From Candidatus Pelearchaeum sp. (GTDB taxonomy: Archaea; Thermoproteota; Nitrososphaeria_A; Caldarchaeales; Caldarchaeaceae), in the NCBI GenBank assembly GCA_015520425.1, contig WAQC01000090.1, positions 1-20,000 on the forward strand: DNA of 20,000 nt, given 5' to 3'. The stretch's first letter is position 1; each line of letters starts with the position of its first letter. A program made the translations under genes and the position numbers. Positions 8,129 through 15,219 of this stretch are shown here, one piece after another. The notes under the pieces were generated by a model. That model was not told the origin of the DNA and did no database searches. It worked only from the letters and a program-made list of their open reading frames with translations.

Positions 8129-8602
8129 ATGCGGCAGTCCGCTAGGCTGGTGGCAGCGGCTTTGGCCTCGCTAGCCATAGTAGCGGCGCTTTCCTACGCT
8201 GAGGGATTATCGGGCCAAAACCCTGCGCTAGCCCTGCTCTCAACAGCATTAGCAGGCATCGTGGCTGGCGTGCTGGTGCGTGAGGCCCTAGCCGCGGCGG
8301 TGGGTGCTGGGATAGGCTCGCTCGCGGGCCATGGGATAGCATTCACACAGGGATTACTGTTATGGAACCCACTAGCGCAGCAGGATATAGTGGTTTTTAG
8401 GGTGATGTTATCCGCGCTCACAGTGGTCATAGCAGCAGGTGGCGGGTTTCTACTCCGTCCCAGAGCTGTTCAGCAGGAAGAAATCGGCGCTGGGGAGGAG
8501 GTGCCTCCGCAGAAGAGCTGCCCAGAATGCGGGAGCGTTGTTCCAAGCGAGGCGATATACTGCCCTATGTGTGGAAGGAAGTTGGAGGAGATTGAGAGCT
8601 AG
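8129..8602 (+). CDS. Small Ala/Gly-rich membrane protein with C-terminal zinc ribbon
   Basis: Three to four hydrophobic helices (LVAAALASLAIVAAL, ALALLSTALAGIVAGVLV, AVGAGIGSLAG, LSALTVVIAAGGGFLL) followed by CPECG-x10-CPMCG. I chose the ATG at 8129 (GTG at 8120 is also possible), because the longest-ORF start at 8018 overlaps the ACAD gene and lies upstream of the AT-rich promoter-like block. Confidence 0.55.
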   Translation: MRQSARLVAAALASLAIVAALSYAEGLSGQNPALALLSTALAGIVAGVLVREALAAAVGAGIGSLAGHGIAFTQGLLLWNPLAQQDIVVFRVMLSALTVVIAAGGGFLLRPRAVQQEEIGAGEEVPPQKSCPECGSVVPSEAIYCPMCGRKLEEIES

Positions 8603-8625
8603 CGGCGCTGTAGTTGGTGGCTGTT

Positions 8626-11490
8626 ATGGATGACTGGACTAGGCTGAGAAGCCAGCAGGTTCTTGAGATGCTGGCTAAGCCTGTGAGGGACGCGTTTAGC
8701 GAGAAGTTTAACGTATTGACGGAGCCCCAGATTGAGAGCATACCCATAATCTTACGCGGCGATAACCTGCTGCTCATGGCTCCTACTGGGACTGGGAAGA
8801 CTGAAGCCGCTCTCCTGCCCGCGTTGAGCAGGATGGTGCTGAGCGGTGAGCGGCGTGGGGTTAGGCTTCTCTACATAACCCCCCTGAGGGCGCTTAACCG
8901 CGACCTCTCGGACAGGATAGAGTGGTGGGCTAGTAGGCTTGACATGAGCGTAGCCATAAGACACGGCGACACACTAGCGCGTGAGAGGCGGATACAGACG
9001 CTCCAGCCCCCAGATATACTGATAACAACCCCAGAGACGCTCCAGATACTGCTCACGGCCAGGATATTCCGACAATATCTCAGGTTCGTTGAGTATGTGG
9101 TTGTGGATGAGGTTCATGAGCTCGCTACAGATAAGCGGGGTGCGCAGCTCTCGTTAGGTTTGGAGAGGCTTGAGGAGATTGTTGGAAAACCCTATCAGAG
9201 GATAGGCCTCTCCGCCACTGTGGGGAGTCCTGAGATTGTGGCGCGTTTCTTAGTTGGTGTTGGGAGGAAGTGTGAGATTGTCCGCGTGCCTGTTGCGCGA
9301 AGCCTCTCCATACAGGTAGCTTATCCAGAGCCGAGCAGCGGCGACTACACACTGGCAGAGCAGCTCTCAATACTACCCGATGTGGCGGCCAGGCTAAGCA
9401 CAATACGCCGCCTAGTAGAGGAGCATGAATCAACACTAATCTTCACAAACACAAGACCATTGGCAGAGATTCTAACTAACAGGTTTAGGGCATGGGATGA
9501 GAATGTCTCAATAGGCATTCATCACGGCTCTCTGGCCAGGCCGACGAGGATAGGCGCTGAGCAGGCTCTTAAGACTGGGAAGCTGATAGGCGTAGTATGC
9601 ACATCATCACTGGAGATGGGTATTGATGTTGGGCGTATAGAGCTGTGCATACAGTACAACTCGCCGCGCGAGGTTACGCGCCTCGTCCAGCGCGTCGGTA
9701 GAAGCGGCCATAGGATAGGCGGCCTAGCCAAGGGAGTCGTAATAGTCATGGACTCGGATGACGCTCTAGAAGCTCTCGTAATAGCGCGCCGCGCCTATAA
9801 TGATGAGATAGAGCAGGTGAGGACTCCTAAAAATAGCTACGATGTACTCATGCATCAGATAGCGGGGCTACTGATAGAGCGGGGAAGCATAACTGTAGAT
9901 GATGTTCTACGAATATTCAGACGCTCATACTGCTTTGAGGAGCTGAGCGAGGAAGATGTTACTAAGGTTGTTCAACACATGAGCAGTATAGAGATAGCTG
10001 GCTGGCAAGGAGAGAGCAGGACAATAACACGGCCAGCTAGGCAGTCTGAGCTGTATAACTACTATTTTGGGAACCTTTCAATGATTCCAGAGGAGAGGCA
10101 ATACCTGGTCGTCTCCGAGTCCACTGGAGAGCCTGTTGGGATACTTGATGAGGAGTTCGTGGCCGAGCATGGTGAGCCTGGTTCTAGGTTCATCTTGATG
10201 GGAAAGGCTTGGGAGATAATCCACGCTGCTGGCGAGAGAATCTACGTCTCGCCGCTGGATAGCCTAGAGGGCGCAGTCCCATCTTGGGTTGGGGACGAGA
10301 TACCAGTCCCCCTAGAGGTGGCGGAGGAGGTGGGCAGGATAAGGAGGATATACGCCGAAGCATACAGCAGGGGTGATGAGGATACGATATTGAAAGAACT
10401 TGCCCGCGAGTATAAGACCGACGCTACTCTCTTGGAAAAGAGCCTACGTGAAGTTAGGGAGCATATCAAGCTTGGAATACCCGTGCCAAGCGATAAGAGC
10501 GTCTTAATAGAGGAGACATACGACTACGTCATCCTACACATACACGGCGGCCTACGCGCTAATAGGACGATAGCGCGTGTAGTGGGTTATGAGCTCTCAA
10601 GAAGGGTAGGCGCCCCCATAGGTTTGCAGCAAGATGCTTACCGTATTATCTTCAAGTCTAGGCATATAAACGCCGAGATGGTTAGAGAGCTGCTCCACGA
10701 GCTTGCCGTAGGCGATTTCCAGGGCTATGTAAGGTCTGCTGTTGAGGCTTCAAGCCTCTTTAAGCGCAGGCTTGTTCATGCAGCGCGTAAGATGGGTGTG
10801 ATAAGCAAAGAAGCAAGCATACTTGACATAAGCGCCGAGAAGCTGGTTGAGACGTTGAAAGGAACCGCGGTATATGAGGAGGCTCTCAAATACACCTTGT
10901 TTGAAGACTTTGATAGCGAGTCCGCTGTAAGGCTCCTTAAGAAGATTGAAGAGGGCCTAGTTGCTCTGCATATAACACGGCTCGCCGAGAGCCCGTCTCC
11001 ACTCGCTAGGCTAACGCTACAACGCCATGAGTATGATATTGACGTTATATCTTCGGATAGGATACACAGGCTTGTTGCTAACGCTGTTAGAGGGAGGCTT
11101 AACAACGAGCCGCTAACGTTGGTATGCACCTCTTGCTTTGAGTATTTGGAGCGTTTGGCTGTTAAGGACATCAGCAACACCCCCACATGCCCAGTCTGCG
11201 GCTCACGCGCACTAGGAGCGCTAAAAGCGGAGCAGGAGGAGGTTTATGGCCTAGTAGCGAGGCGCGGGAAGCCGATAAACAGGAAAGAGAAAGAACTGCG
11301 GCGCGAAGCGGTGAAGACAGCGAAGCTCGTAGAGAAGTATGGCAAGGCAGCAGCATTCGTATTGGCGAGCAAATACATAAACACGAAAACCGCTGAGGAG
11401 ATACTTGAGAAAGAGAGCTCGCTTGGGGTTAGGCTTGTTGAGCTTATTATGGAGAGGGAGAAGGAGGCTCTCCAGAAGATGTTTCACTAG
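8626..11490 (+). CDS. lhr: Lhr-type (Lhr-core) ATP-dependent SF2 DNA helicase with C-terminal 4-Cys zinc ribbon
   Basis: Complete helicase motif set in Lhr style: MAPTGTGKTEAA (I), YITPLRALNRD (Ia), ILITTPETL (Ib), VVDEVHEL (II), GLSATVG (III), LIFTNTRPLAE (IV), CTSSLEMGIDVG (V), QRVGRSGH (VI). A long winged-helix/domain-4-like extension follows, ending in CTSC...CPVCG. ATG at 8626 follows GGTGG; in-frame TTG 8614 and GTG 8617 are alternatives. Confidence 0.9.
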   Translation: MDDWTRLRSQQVLEMLAKPVRDAFSEKFNVLTEPQIESIPIILRGDNLLLMAPTGTGKTEAALLPALSRMVLSGERRGVRLLYITPLRALNRDLSDRIEWWASRLDMSVAIRHGDTLARERRIQTLQPPDILITTPETLQILLTARIFRQYLRFVEYVVVDEVHELATDKRGAQLSLGLERLEEIVGKPYQRIGLSATVGSPEIVARFLVGVGRKCEIVRVPVARSLSIQVAYPEPSSGDYTLAEQLSILPDVAARLSTIRRLVEEHESTLIFTNTRPLAEILTNRFRAWDENVSIGIHHGSLARPTRIGAEQALKTGKLIGVVCTSSLEMGIDVGRIELCIQYNSPREVTRLVQRVGRSGHRIGGLAKGVVIVMDSDDALEALVIARRAYNDEIEQVRTPKNSYDVLMHQIAGLLIERGSITVDDVLRIFRRSYCFEELSEEDVTKVVQHMSSIEIAGWQGESRTITRPARQSELYNYYFGNLSMIPEERQYLVVSESTGEPVGILDEEFVAEHGEPGSRFILMGKAWEIIHAAGERIYVSPLDSLEGAVPSWVGDEIPVPLEVAEEVGRIRRIYAEAYSRGDEDTILKELAREYKTDATLLEKSLREVREHIKLGIPVPSDKSVLIEETYDYVILHIHGGLRANRTIARVVGYELSRRVGAPIGLQQDAYRIIFKSRHINAEMVRELLHELAVGDFQGYVRSAVEASSLFKRRLVHAARKMGVISKEASILDISAEKLVETLKGTAVYEEALKYTLFEDFDSESAVRLLKKIEEGLVALHITRLAESPSPLARLTLQRHEYDIDVISSDRIHRLVANAVRGRLNNEPLTLVCTSCFEYLERLAVKDISNTPTCPVCGSRALGALKAEQEEVYGLVARRGKPINRKEKELRREAVKTAKLVEKYGKAAAFVLASKYINTKTAEEILEKESSLGVRLVELIMEREKEALQKMFH

Positions 11491-12076
11491 AGTCTTGGCT
11501 TGTCTCAGACAGCCCTGGGCTTATCTCGGTTATCGCCTTAACCAGCTCTTTCTGGTCAACCTCCGCGAACGCTCTCCAGCCTATGTATATCATGTTGTCC
11601 TCGTCCTTGTGTAGGTAGCCGCGTCTGGTGAAGCGCTCCATCGCAGCCTCTATACGCCACTTGGGGAACTTGGTCTCCAGAAGCTCCATAACCTCGTTCT
11701 GATGCGCCTTCCCACCCCGCGAGAAGAGATAAGCAAGCGTCGCCGAGAGTATGGCTAGGTCGTCAATCCTCCAGCCAGCCGCAACTATGTCTGAGAGAGA
11801 CAGAGGCTCGCTGAGGGTTATGAAGAAACGCGCCCTGTCAAAATCTTCATCCGACGGCTGGTCATTACCCTCCTCAAAGACAACCTTAACCCTAAGGCCC
11901 AGTGGGCTTAGCCTATGGTTGAGTGTGTCTATTATCTTTAGGTAGTTTTTTCCGAGGCGGCGGCGTAGCTCATATCCCCTAACCCCAGGTAGGCGGTGGC
12001 TGGAGAAGAGGAGCATCGCAGTAGCTATGGCGAGCTTACGGCCAGCCTTACTCTGCTCAGACTCCCCAACGCTCAA
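11447..12076 (-). CDS. Tandem winged-helix 'kite'-like protein (ScpB / Nse1-Nse3 / MukE-like), third gene of the SMC-like operon
   Basis: 209 aa. Two WH-like units are visible by eye: (1) AIATAMLLFSSHRLPGVRGYELRRRLGKNYLKIIDTLNHRLSPLGLRVKVV; (2) LAILSATLAYLFSRGGKAHQNEVMELL...RFTRRGYLHKDEDNMIYIGWRAFAEV (compare ScpB LS.AALETLAIIAY.QP.T..EI...RG....L..L...GLI). The C-terminal tail is acidic and Ser/Pro-rich. The TTG start overlaps the upstream stop (TTGA). Confidence 0.5.
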   Translation of the reverse strand: MSVGESEQSKAGRKLAIATAMLLFSSHRLPGVRGYELRRRLGKNYLKIIDTLNHRLSPLGLRVKVVFEEGNDQPSDEDFDRARFFITLSEPLSLSDIVAAGWRIDDLAILSATLAYLFSRGGKAHQNEVMELLETKFPKWRIEAAMERFTRRGYLHKDEDNMIYIGWRAFAEVDQKELVKAITEISPGLSETSQDSSETSSGEPPSPSP

Positions 12077-12849
12077 AGCCCTTCCCTACCTCTCACAGCT
12101 ATAGCTAGGGATGTTGGGTTGCTCCTCTCAACCTTGCTCTCCAACGGGTAGATGCGCACCTCGCCAGTTATAGGATTCCTCTTTATCTCAGCCAGCCCCT
12201 CACTAACTATGAACGCGAGGACATAAGCCCTCTCAACACGCCGTCCATCGCCCTCAAGAGAGATGAAAGACCAATAATCCAGACCGCCATCCTCCTCGCG
12301 CCGCTCCAGAAGCTCCCTATGCATGTTCATTATCTCGCTCTCAAGGACATCACGCTGTCGGAACCTGTCAAGCAGCGCTTCCTCATCTATCTGAAGCTCC
12401 TCGCCAGCTCCCAGCAGTAGCTTCCGCTCATGCCCAGCCCTGGGCGGCAGGCTCAGGAAATACTCAAGACCAGCTATGAACATCTTCTTCGTGAGCTGCT
12501 CCCCACTCACTATAGGCCGCCAGCTCCTAGCTAGACAGCTCGCCAAAGCACGTTTATCGGCGGCTAGTATTCTAGTAGCTATAATCTGGGTATCCACGAA
12601 CAGGTTTGACGCCTTCTCCAGAAGCCATCTATGCTGTAAGGCGATAACCAGCGCAACCCTATAGAGTGTCTCCGCATCCAGGACTACTGTCTCCAAATCC
12701 TTGGAGGACTCAAGGATTGAGCGCAGCTTCTGAAGCAACTCCCTAACATTAACCGTGAAGGGGTCTATTCCAGACTTCTCTATGGATTCGCATAGCTGTA
12801 TTATTCTAAGCAGCTCTTCCCGCGTTATGGTTCTCTGCTTGTTAGGCAT
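12073..12849 (-). CDS. Kleisin-like protein (ScpA / Nse4-like), second gene of the SMC-like operon
   Basis: 258 aa from ATG 12849, which is preceded by AAGGTGG plus a 6-nt spacer; the longest ORF starts at TTG 12876. The N-terminus EELLRIIQLCESIEKSGIDPFTVNVRELLQKL...AETLYRVALVIALQHRWL resembles the ScpA N-terminal helical domain (LDLLL.LI....IDI.DI.I..IT.QY...AA.L...KS..LL). The C-terminus ERAYVLAFIVSEGLAEIKRNPITGEVRIYPL resembles the ScpA C-terminal WHD (FLALLEL.K.G.I...Q.....I.I). Assignment is by eye only. Confidence 0.5.
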   Translation of the reverse strand: MPNKQRTITREELLRIIQLCESIEKSGIDPFTVNVRELLQKLRSILESSKDLETVVLDAETLYRVALVIALQHRWLLEKASNLFVDTQIIATRILAADKRALASCLARSWRPIVSGEQLTKKMFIAGLEYFLSLPPRAGHERKLLLGAGEELQIDEEALLDRFRQRDVLESEIMNMHRELLERREEDGGLDYWSFISLEGDGRRVERAYVLAFIVSEGLAEIKRNPITGEVRIYPLESKVERSNPTSLAIAVRGREGL

Positions 12850-14599
12850 CTGCAACCACCTTCTCAGCCTTGCCAACGCCTACCGCTGAGCGTCCAGAGA
12901 CGTTCTGCACCACGACCACGTTCATATCCTCGGTGAAGGAGACCTTCCCAGGCGTTATGATGATGTACTGCGCCGACATATCTTCTCGTGCTGTTGCCGT
13001 GAGGAGATTTATTATGCGCTCACGGTTCAGCGGGTCTAGATGCACGTCAAACTCATCCACAGCCCTGAACGGCGACTTCACATGCCGCTGAAGAGCCAGT
13101 AGGAAAGCCATCGTAGCAACTATACGCTCACCGCCGCTCTGGCTATGCCCATCCAGGAGCGTGGGCTCGGCGCCCCTGAAGCCAGCGTATAGCTCTATAG
13201 AAGCCCTATCTATGTCGTCTAGGTTCTTCAACTCAATCCTTCCATGACCACCTACCTTGCTTAGAATGCTATCATACTGGGGCTCCACATCAGCTATCAA
13301 ATCACGTAGAAACTTCCTCCAGACCTCCTTACGGTACTCCACCTCCTCAAGAGCGCGTCTAACGTTCTCAGACACCTCCCCAGCCTTAAGCTCCGTCTCG
13401 CGATACTTAGACTCCGCGAGCAGAAACATGTCCTCCGCCTCTGGCGTTACCTTACCCATTCCAGCTATCTGTATCATCACCGACTTTATGTCCTCGTATA
13501 TCTCTTGGTGGCGTCTAGAGGTCTCTACGCGCGGGCCGCGTTTCTCGGCATTCTCTATACGTTCCTGAAGCTCCTTCTCTATCTGGAGCAGCTCATAGCG
13601 GAGGCTCTTCAGCTCCTGCTCAGCCATCTTAAGCTTCTGCCTAAGCGCTCCGCTTAGGGATGCGCTGTCTATCAGCTCATCAAGCAATGCGGCAAGCTCT
13701 CCACGTAGGTCTCCGCCGCCTGAGAGCGCTGCGTCAAAGAGGCTTGTTATCTTCTCCCTCACCCCCCTAACCTTCAGGTCTGTCTCCTCAGCCTCGCGGG
13801 CTGTCTCCTCCAACTGTTGCTGGATTCCCCGAATCTTGGACTCAACACGCTCACGCGATTTCTTCGCCTCATTCACCAACGCCCACAGATACTCGCGCTC
13901 CAGCTCGTCCTTACGCTGGTTGAGCCGCCTAAGTATTGTGAGCTTCTCATACTCCTCGCGCCAGAATTCCACAGCAGCGCGCGCATCATCCAAGGTCTTC
14001 CTCAGAACCTTCTCCTCCGCAGCCAGCGCGGCGAGCTTAGACTCGGCCTCGCGAATCCTCTGCCTAAGCCCGCTAGCCCCTACAGCCTCCTCAATAAGCA
14101 GAAGCTTCTCACGGCTATCACGCACAACGAACTGCTCAATCATGTTCTGGTGCATTATTATCAGCATATTATTCGGGTTAATCCCTATCTGGCTTAGAAA
14201 ATGCTCAACCTCAGCCTTTGGCTTAAACCTGTTGTTTATGTATTGCCAGTAGTCGCCGTTCTTCTTGAGGAACCGCGTGATTGTTACGGTGTCTGTTGAG
14301 TATTGGGGTATTGGGCGTTTTCCGTTTATCGGCGTGTTATCCAGAACGACCGCCACGCGGGCTGCCTCGCTGCCGCGTTTAACAAGGTCGCTAAGCCTCT
14401 CGCCCCGCTCTGTATAGCTCTGCCCCAACGCTACAGAGATTCCCAGCAGTATAGATGACTTACCAGCGCCGTTGGGGCCTACTATGACGTTCAGCCCCCG
14501 CGTAAACGGGATTCTAGAATATTCATGCGACATGAAGTTCTCTAAAACCACCTCACGGATGAACGTCCTAGGCGTAGGCCCCTCCCCATGCGTCTGCAA
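12842..14599 (-). CDS. Short-armed SMC-superfamily ABC ATPase with Smc5/Smc6-like head motifs (no hinge domain)
   Basis: 585 aa. N-terminus FIREVVLENFMSH. Walker A GPNGAGKS (nt 14456-14479). Q-loop MHQNMIEQF. About 260 aa of heptad-rich Glu/Leu/Arg/Lys sequence. Signature SGGER (nt 13124-13138). Walker B/D-loop FRAVDEFDVHLD. Also QYIIITP in the H-loop position. TTG start at 14599 with the SD-like GGGAGTGAG upstream. Confidence 0.8.
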   Translation of the reverse strand: MQTHGEGPTPRTFIREVVLENFMSHEYSRIPFTRGLNVIVGPNGAGKSSILLGISVALGQSYTERGERLSDLVKRGSEAARVAVVLDNTPINGKRPIPQYSTDTVTITRFLKKNGDYWQYINNRFKPKAEVEHFLSQIGINPNNMLIIMHQNMIEQFVVRDSREKLLLIEEAVGASGLRQRIREAESKLAALAAEEKVLRKTLDDARAAVEFWREEYEKLTILRRLNQRKDELEREYLWALVNEAKKSRERVESKIRGIQQQLEETAREAEETDLKVRGVREKITSLFDAALSGGGDLRGELAALLDELIDSASLSGALRQKLKMAEQELKSLRYELLQIEKELQERIENAEKRGPRVETSRRHQEIYEDIKSVMIQIAGMGKVTPEAEDMFLLAESKYRETELKAGEVSENVRRALEEVEYRKEVWRKFLRDLIADVEPQYDSILSKVGGHGRIELKNLDDIDRASIELYAGFRGAEPTLLDGHSQSGGERIVATMAFLLALQRHVKSPFRAVDEFDVHLDPLNRERIINLLTATAREDMSAQYIIITPGKVSFTEDMNVVVVQNVSGRSAVGVGKAEKVVADA

Positions 14600-14640
14600 G
14601 CCCGTTTCTCACTCCCATCGGCCAAACCTCCCAGACCACG

Positions 14641-14650
14641 ATTTAAAGAG
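14641..14650 (-). promoter_or_regulatory. Putative TATA box (CTCTTTAAAT on the minus strand) for the SMC-like operon
   Basis: A TTTAAAT-type element ~46 nt upstream of the TTG start at 14599. The SD-like GGGAGTGAG lies between them. Confidence 0.33.
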
Positions 14651-14691
14651 TCATCCCCAGGCCATAATGGAGTCCTCACGTAGTAGTAACC

Positions 14692-14699
14692 ATTAAAAT
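14692..14699 (+). promoter_or_regulatory. Putative TATA-like element (ATTAAAAT) for the eL39-eL31-aIF6-pfdA-ftsY cluster
   Basis: An AT-rich octamer ~47 nt upstream of the eL39 ATG, followed by an AGGTG Shine-Dalgarno-like motif. Confidence 0.3.
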
Positions 14700-14742
14700 C
14701 TCGGCGTATTGTCTTACTGGTGCGACAAAGGTGTGGGCGGTT

Positions 14743-14892
14743 ATGTCTAGGACTTTCTCTCTCAAAAAACGGCTTGCGAAGGCTGCTAGGAGGGCTTGGC
14801 CAGTTCCGACGTGGGTTATAGCGCGGACGAAGCGGCGTGTCAGGTTCTCCAACAGGCGGCGTTCATGGAGGCGGAGCCGTATTAAGCCCTAA
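14743..14892 (+). CDS. rpl39e: Ribosomal protein eL39 (L39e)
   Basis: This 49-codon ORF is absent from the supplied track, probably because it is short. Translation: MSRTFSLKKRLAKAARRAWPVPTWVIARTKRRVRFSNRRRSWRRSRIKP. This fits the typical eL39 pattern (KKRLAKA...vP.WV...T.RRV....RR.WRR.k.K). An AGGTG lies about 10 nt upstream of the ATG, and eL31 follows directly, as in the conserved archaeal cluster. Confidence 0.85.
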   Translation: MSRTFSLKKRLAKAARRAWPVPTWVIARTKRRVRFSNRRRSWRRSRIKP

Positions 14893-14938
14893 ATCCTTAA
14901 AGAGAGGCGGTAAAAACCGCTTTCACTAGGGCTTTAAG

Positions 14939-15214
14939 ATGAGCGAGAACTCCAAGACCCTTGTAGTCCCGTTGCGGGATGCTTGGAAGGCTGCTCCCGC
15001 GCGGAGAGCCAAGGTAGCCATGAATATACTGCGCGCCTTCGCCAGGAGGCATGGCAAGGCCCCCTACGTTAAGATATCCCCCGCAGTAGCCCAGAAGATA
15101 TGGGAGCGGGGAATTAGGCATCCACCCCGTAGGATAAAGGTCGTGCTTGAGAAGGAGGAGGACACGGTTTACGTGAGGCTTGAGGGCGAGGCCGTGGAGG
15201 AGAAGGAAGAGTAG
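14939..15214 (+). CDS. rpl31e: Ribosomal protein eL31 (L31e)
   Basis: VVPLRDAWKAAPARRAKVAMNILRAFARRH...KISPAVAQKIWERGIRHPPRRIKV matches the eL31 family pattern (PLR......R.kRA...ir.F..rH......id..lN..iW.rG...pPr.irv). Confidence 0.9.
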   Translation: MSENSKTLVVPLRDAWKAAPARRAKVAMNILRAFARRHGKAPYVKISPAVAQKIWERGIRHPPRRIKVVLEKEEDTVYVRLEGEAVEEKEE

Positions 15215-15219
15215 GTGGC

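Noticed and set aside
13817-14252. Two overlapping plus-strand ORFs (126 and 138 aa) inside the SMC-like gene.
   Set aside because: They lie antisense to the coiled-coil region. Codons for Glu/Leu/Arg/Lys repeats rarely produce stops on the opposite strand, so long open frames are expected by chance. They show no motifs, and no start or SD context.
11447-14599. Interpreting the SMC-like triad as an anti-plasmid/phage defence system (Wadjet JetABCD-like or Lamassu LmuABC-like).
   Set aside because: No Toprim/JetD-like nuclease or LmuA-type effector is present. The ATPase head motifs look Smc5/6-like rather than MukB/JetC-like. The flanks are core housekeeping genes (lhr, ribosomal proteins, ftsY) rather than a defence or mobile island. 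A chromosome-maintenance or repair role is more parsimonious, though defence cannot be formally excluded without searches.
14907-14920. A small hairpin, GCGGT-AAAA-ACCGC followed by TTTC, between eL39 and eL31.
   Set aside because: With only 5 bp and a 4-nt loop it is easily expected by chance. It has no extended T-run, and the genes on either side belong to one conserved co-transcribed cluster.
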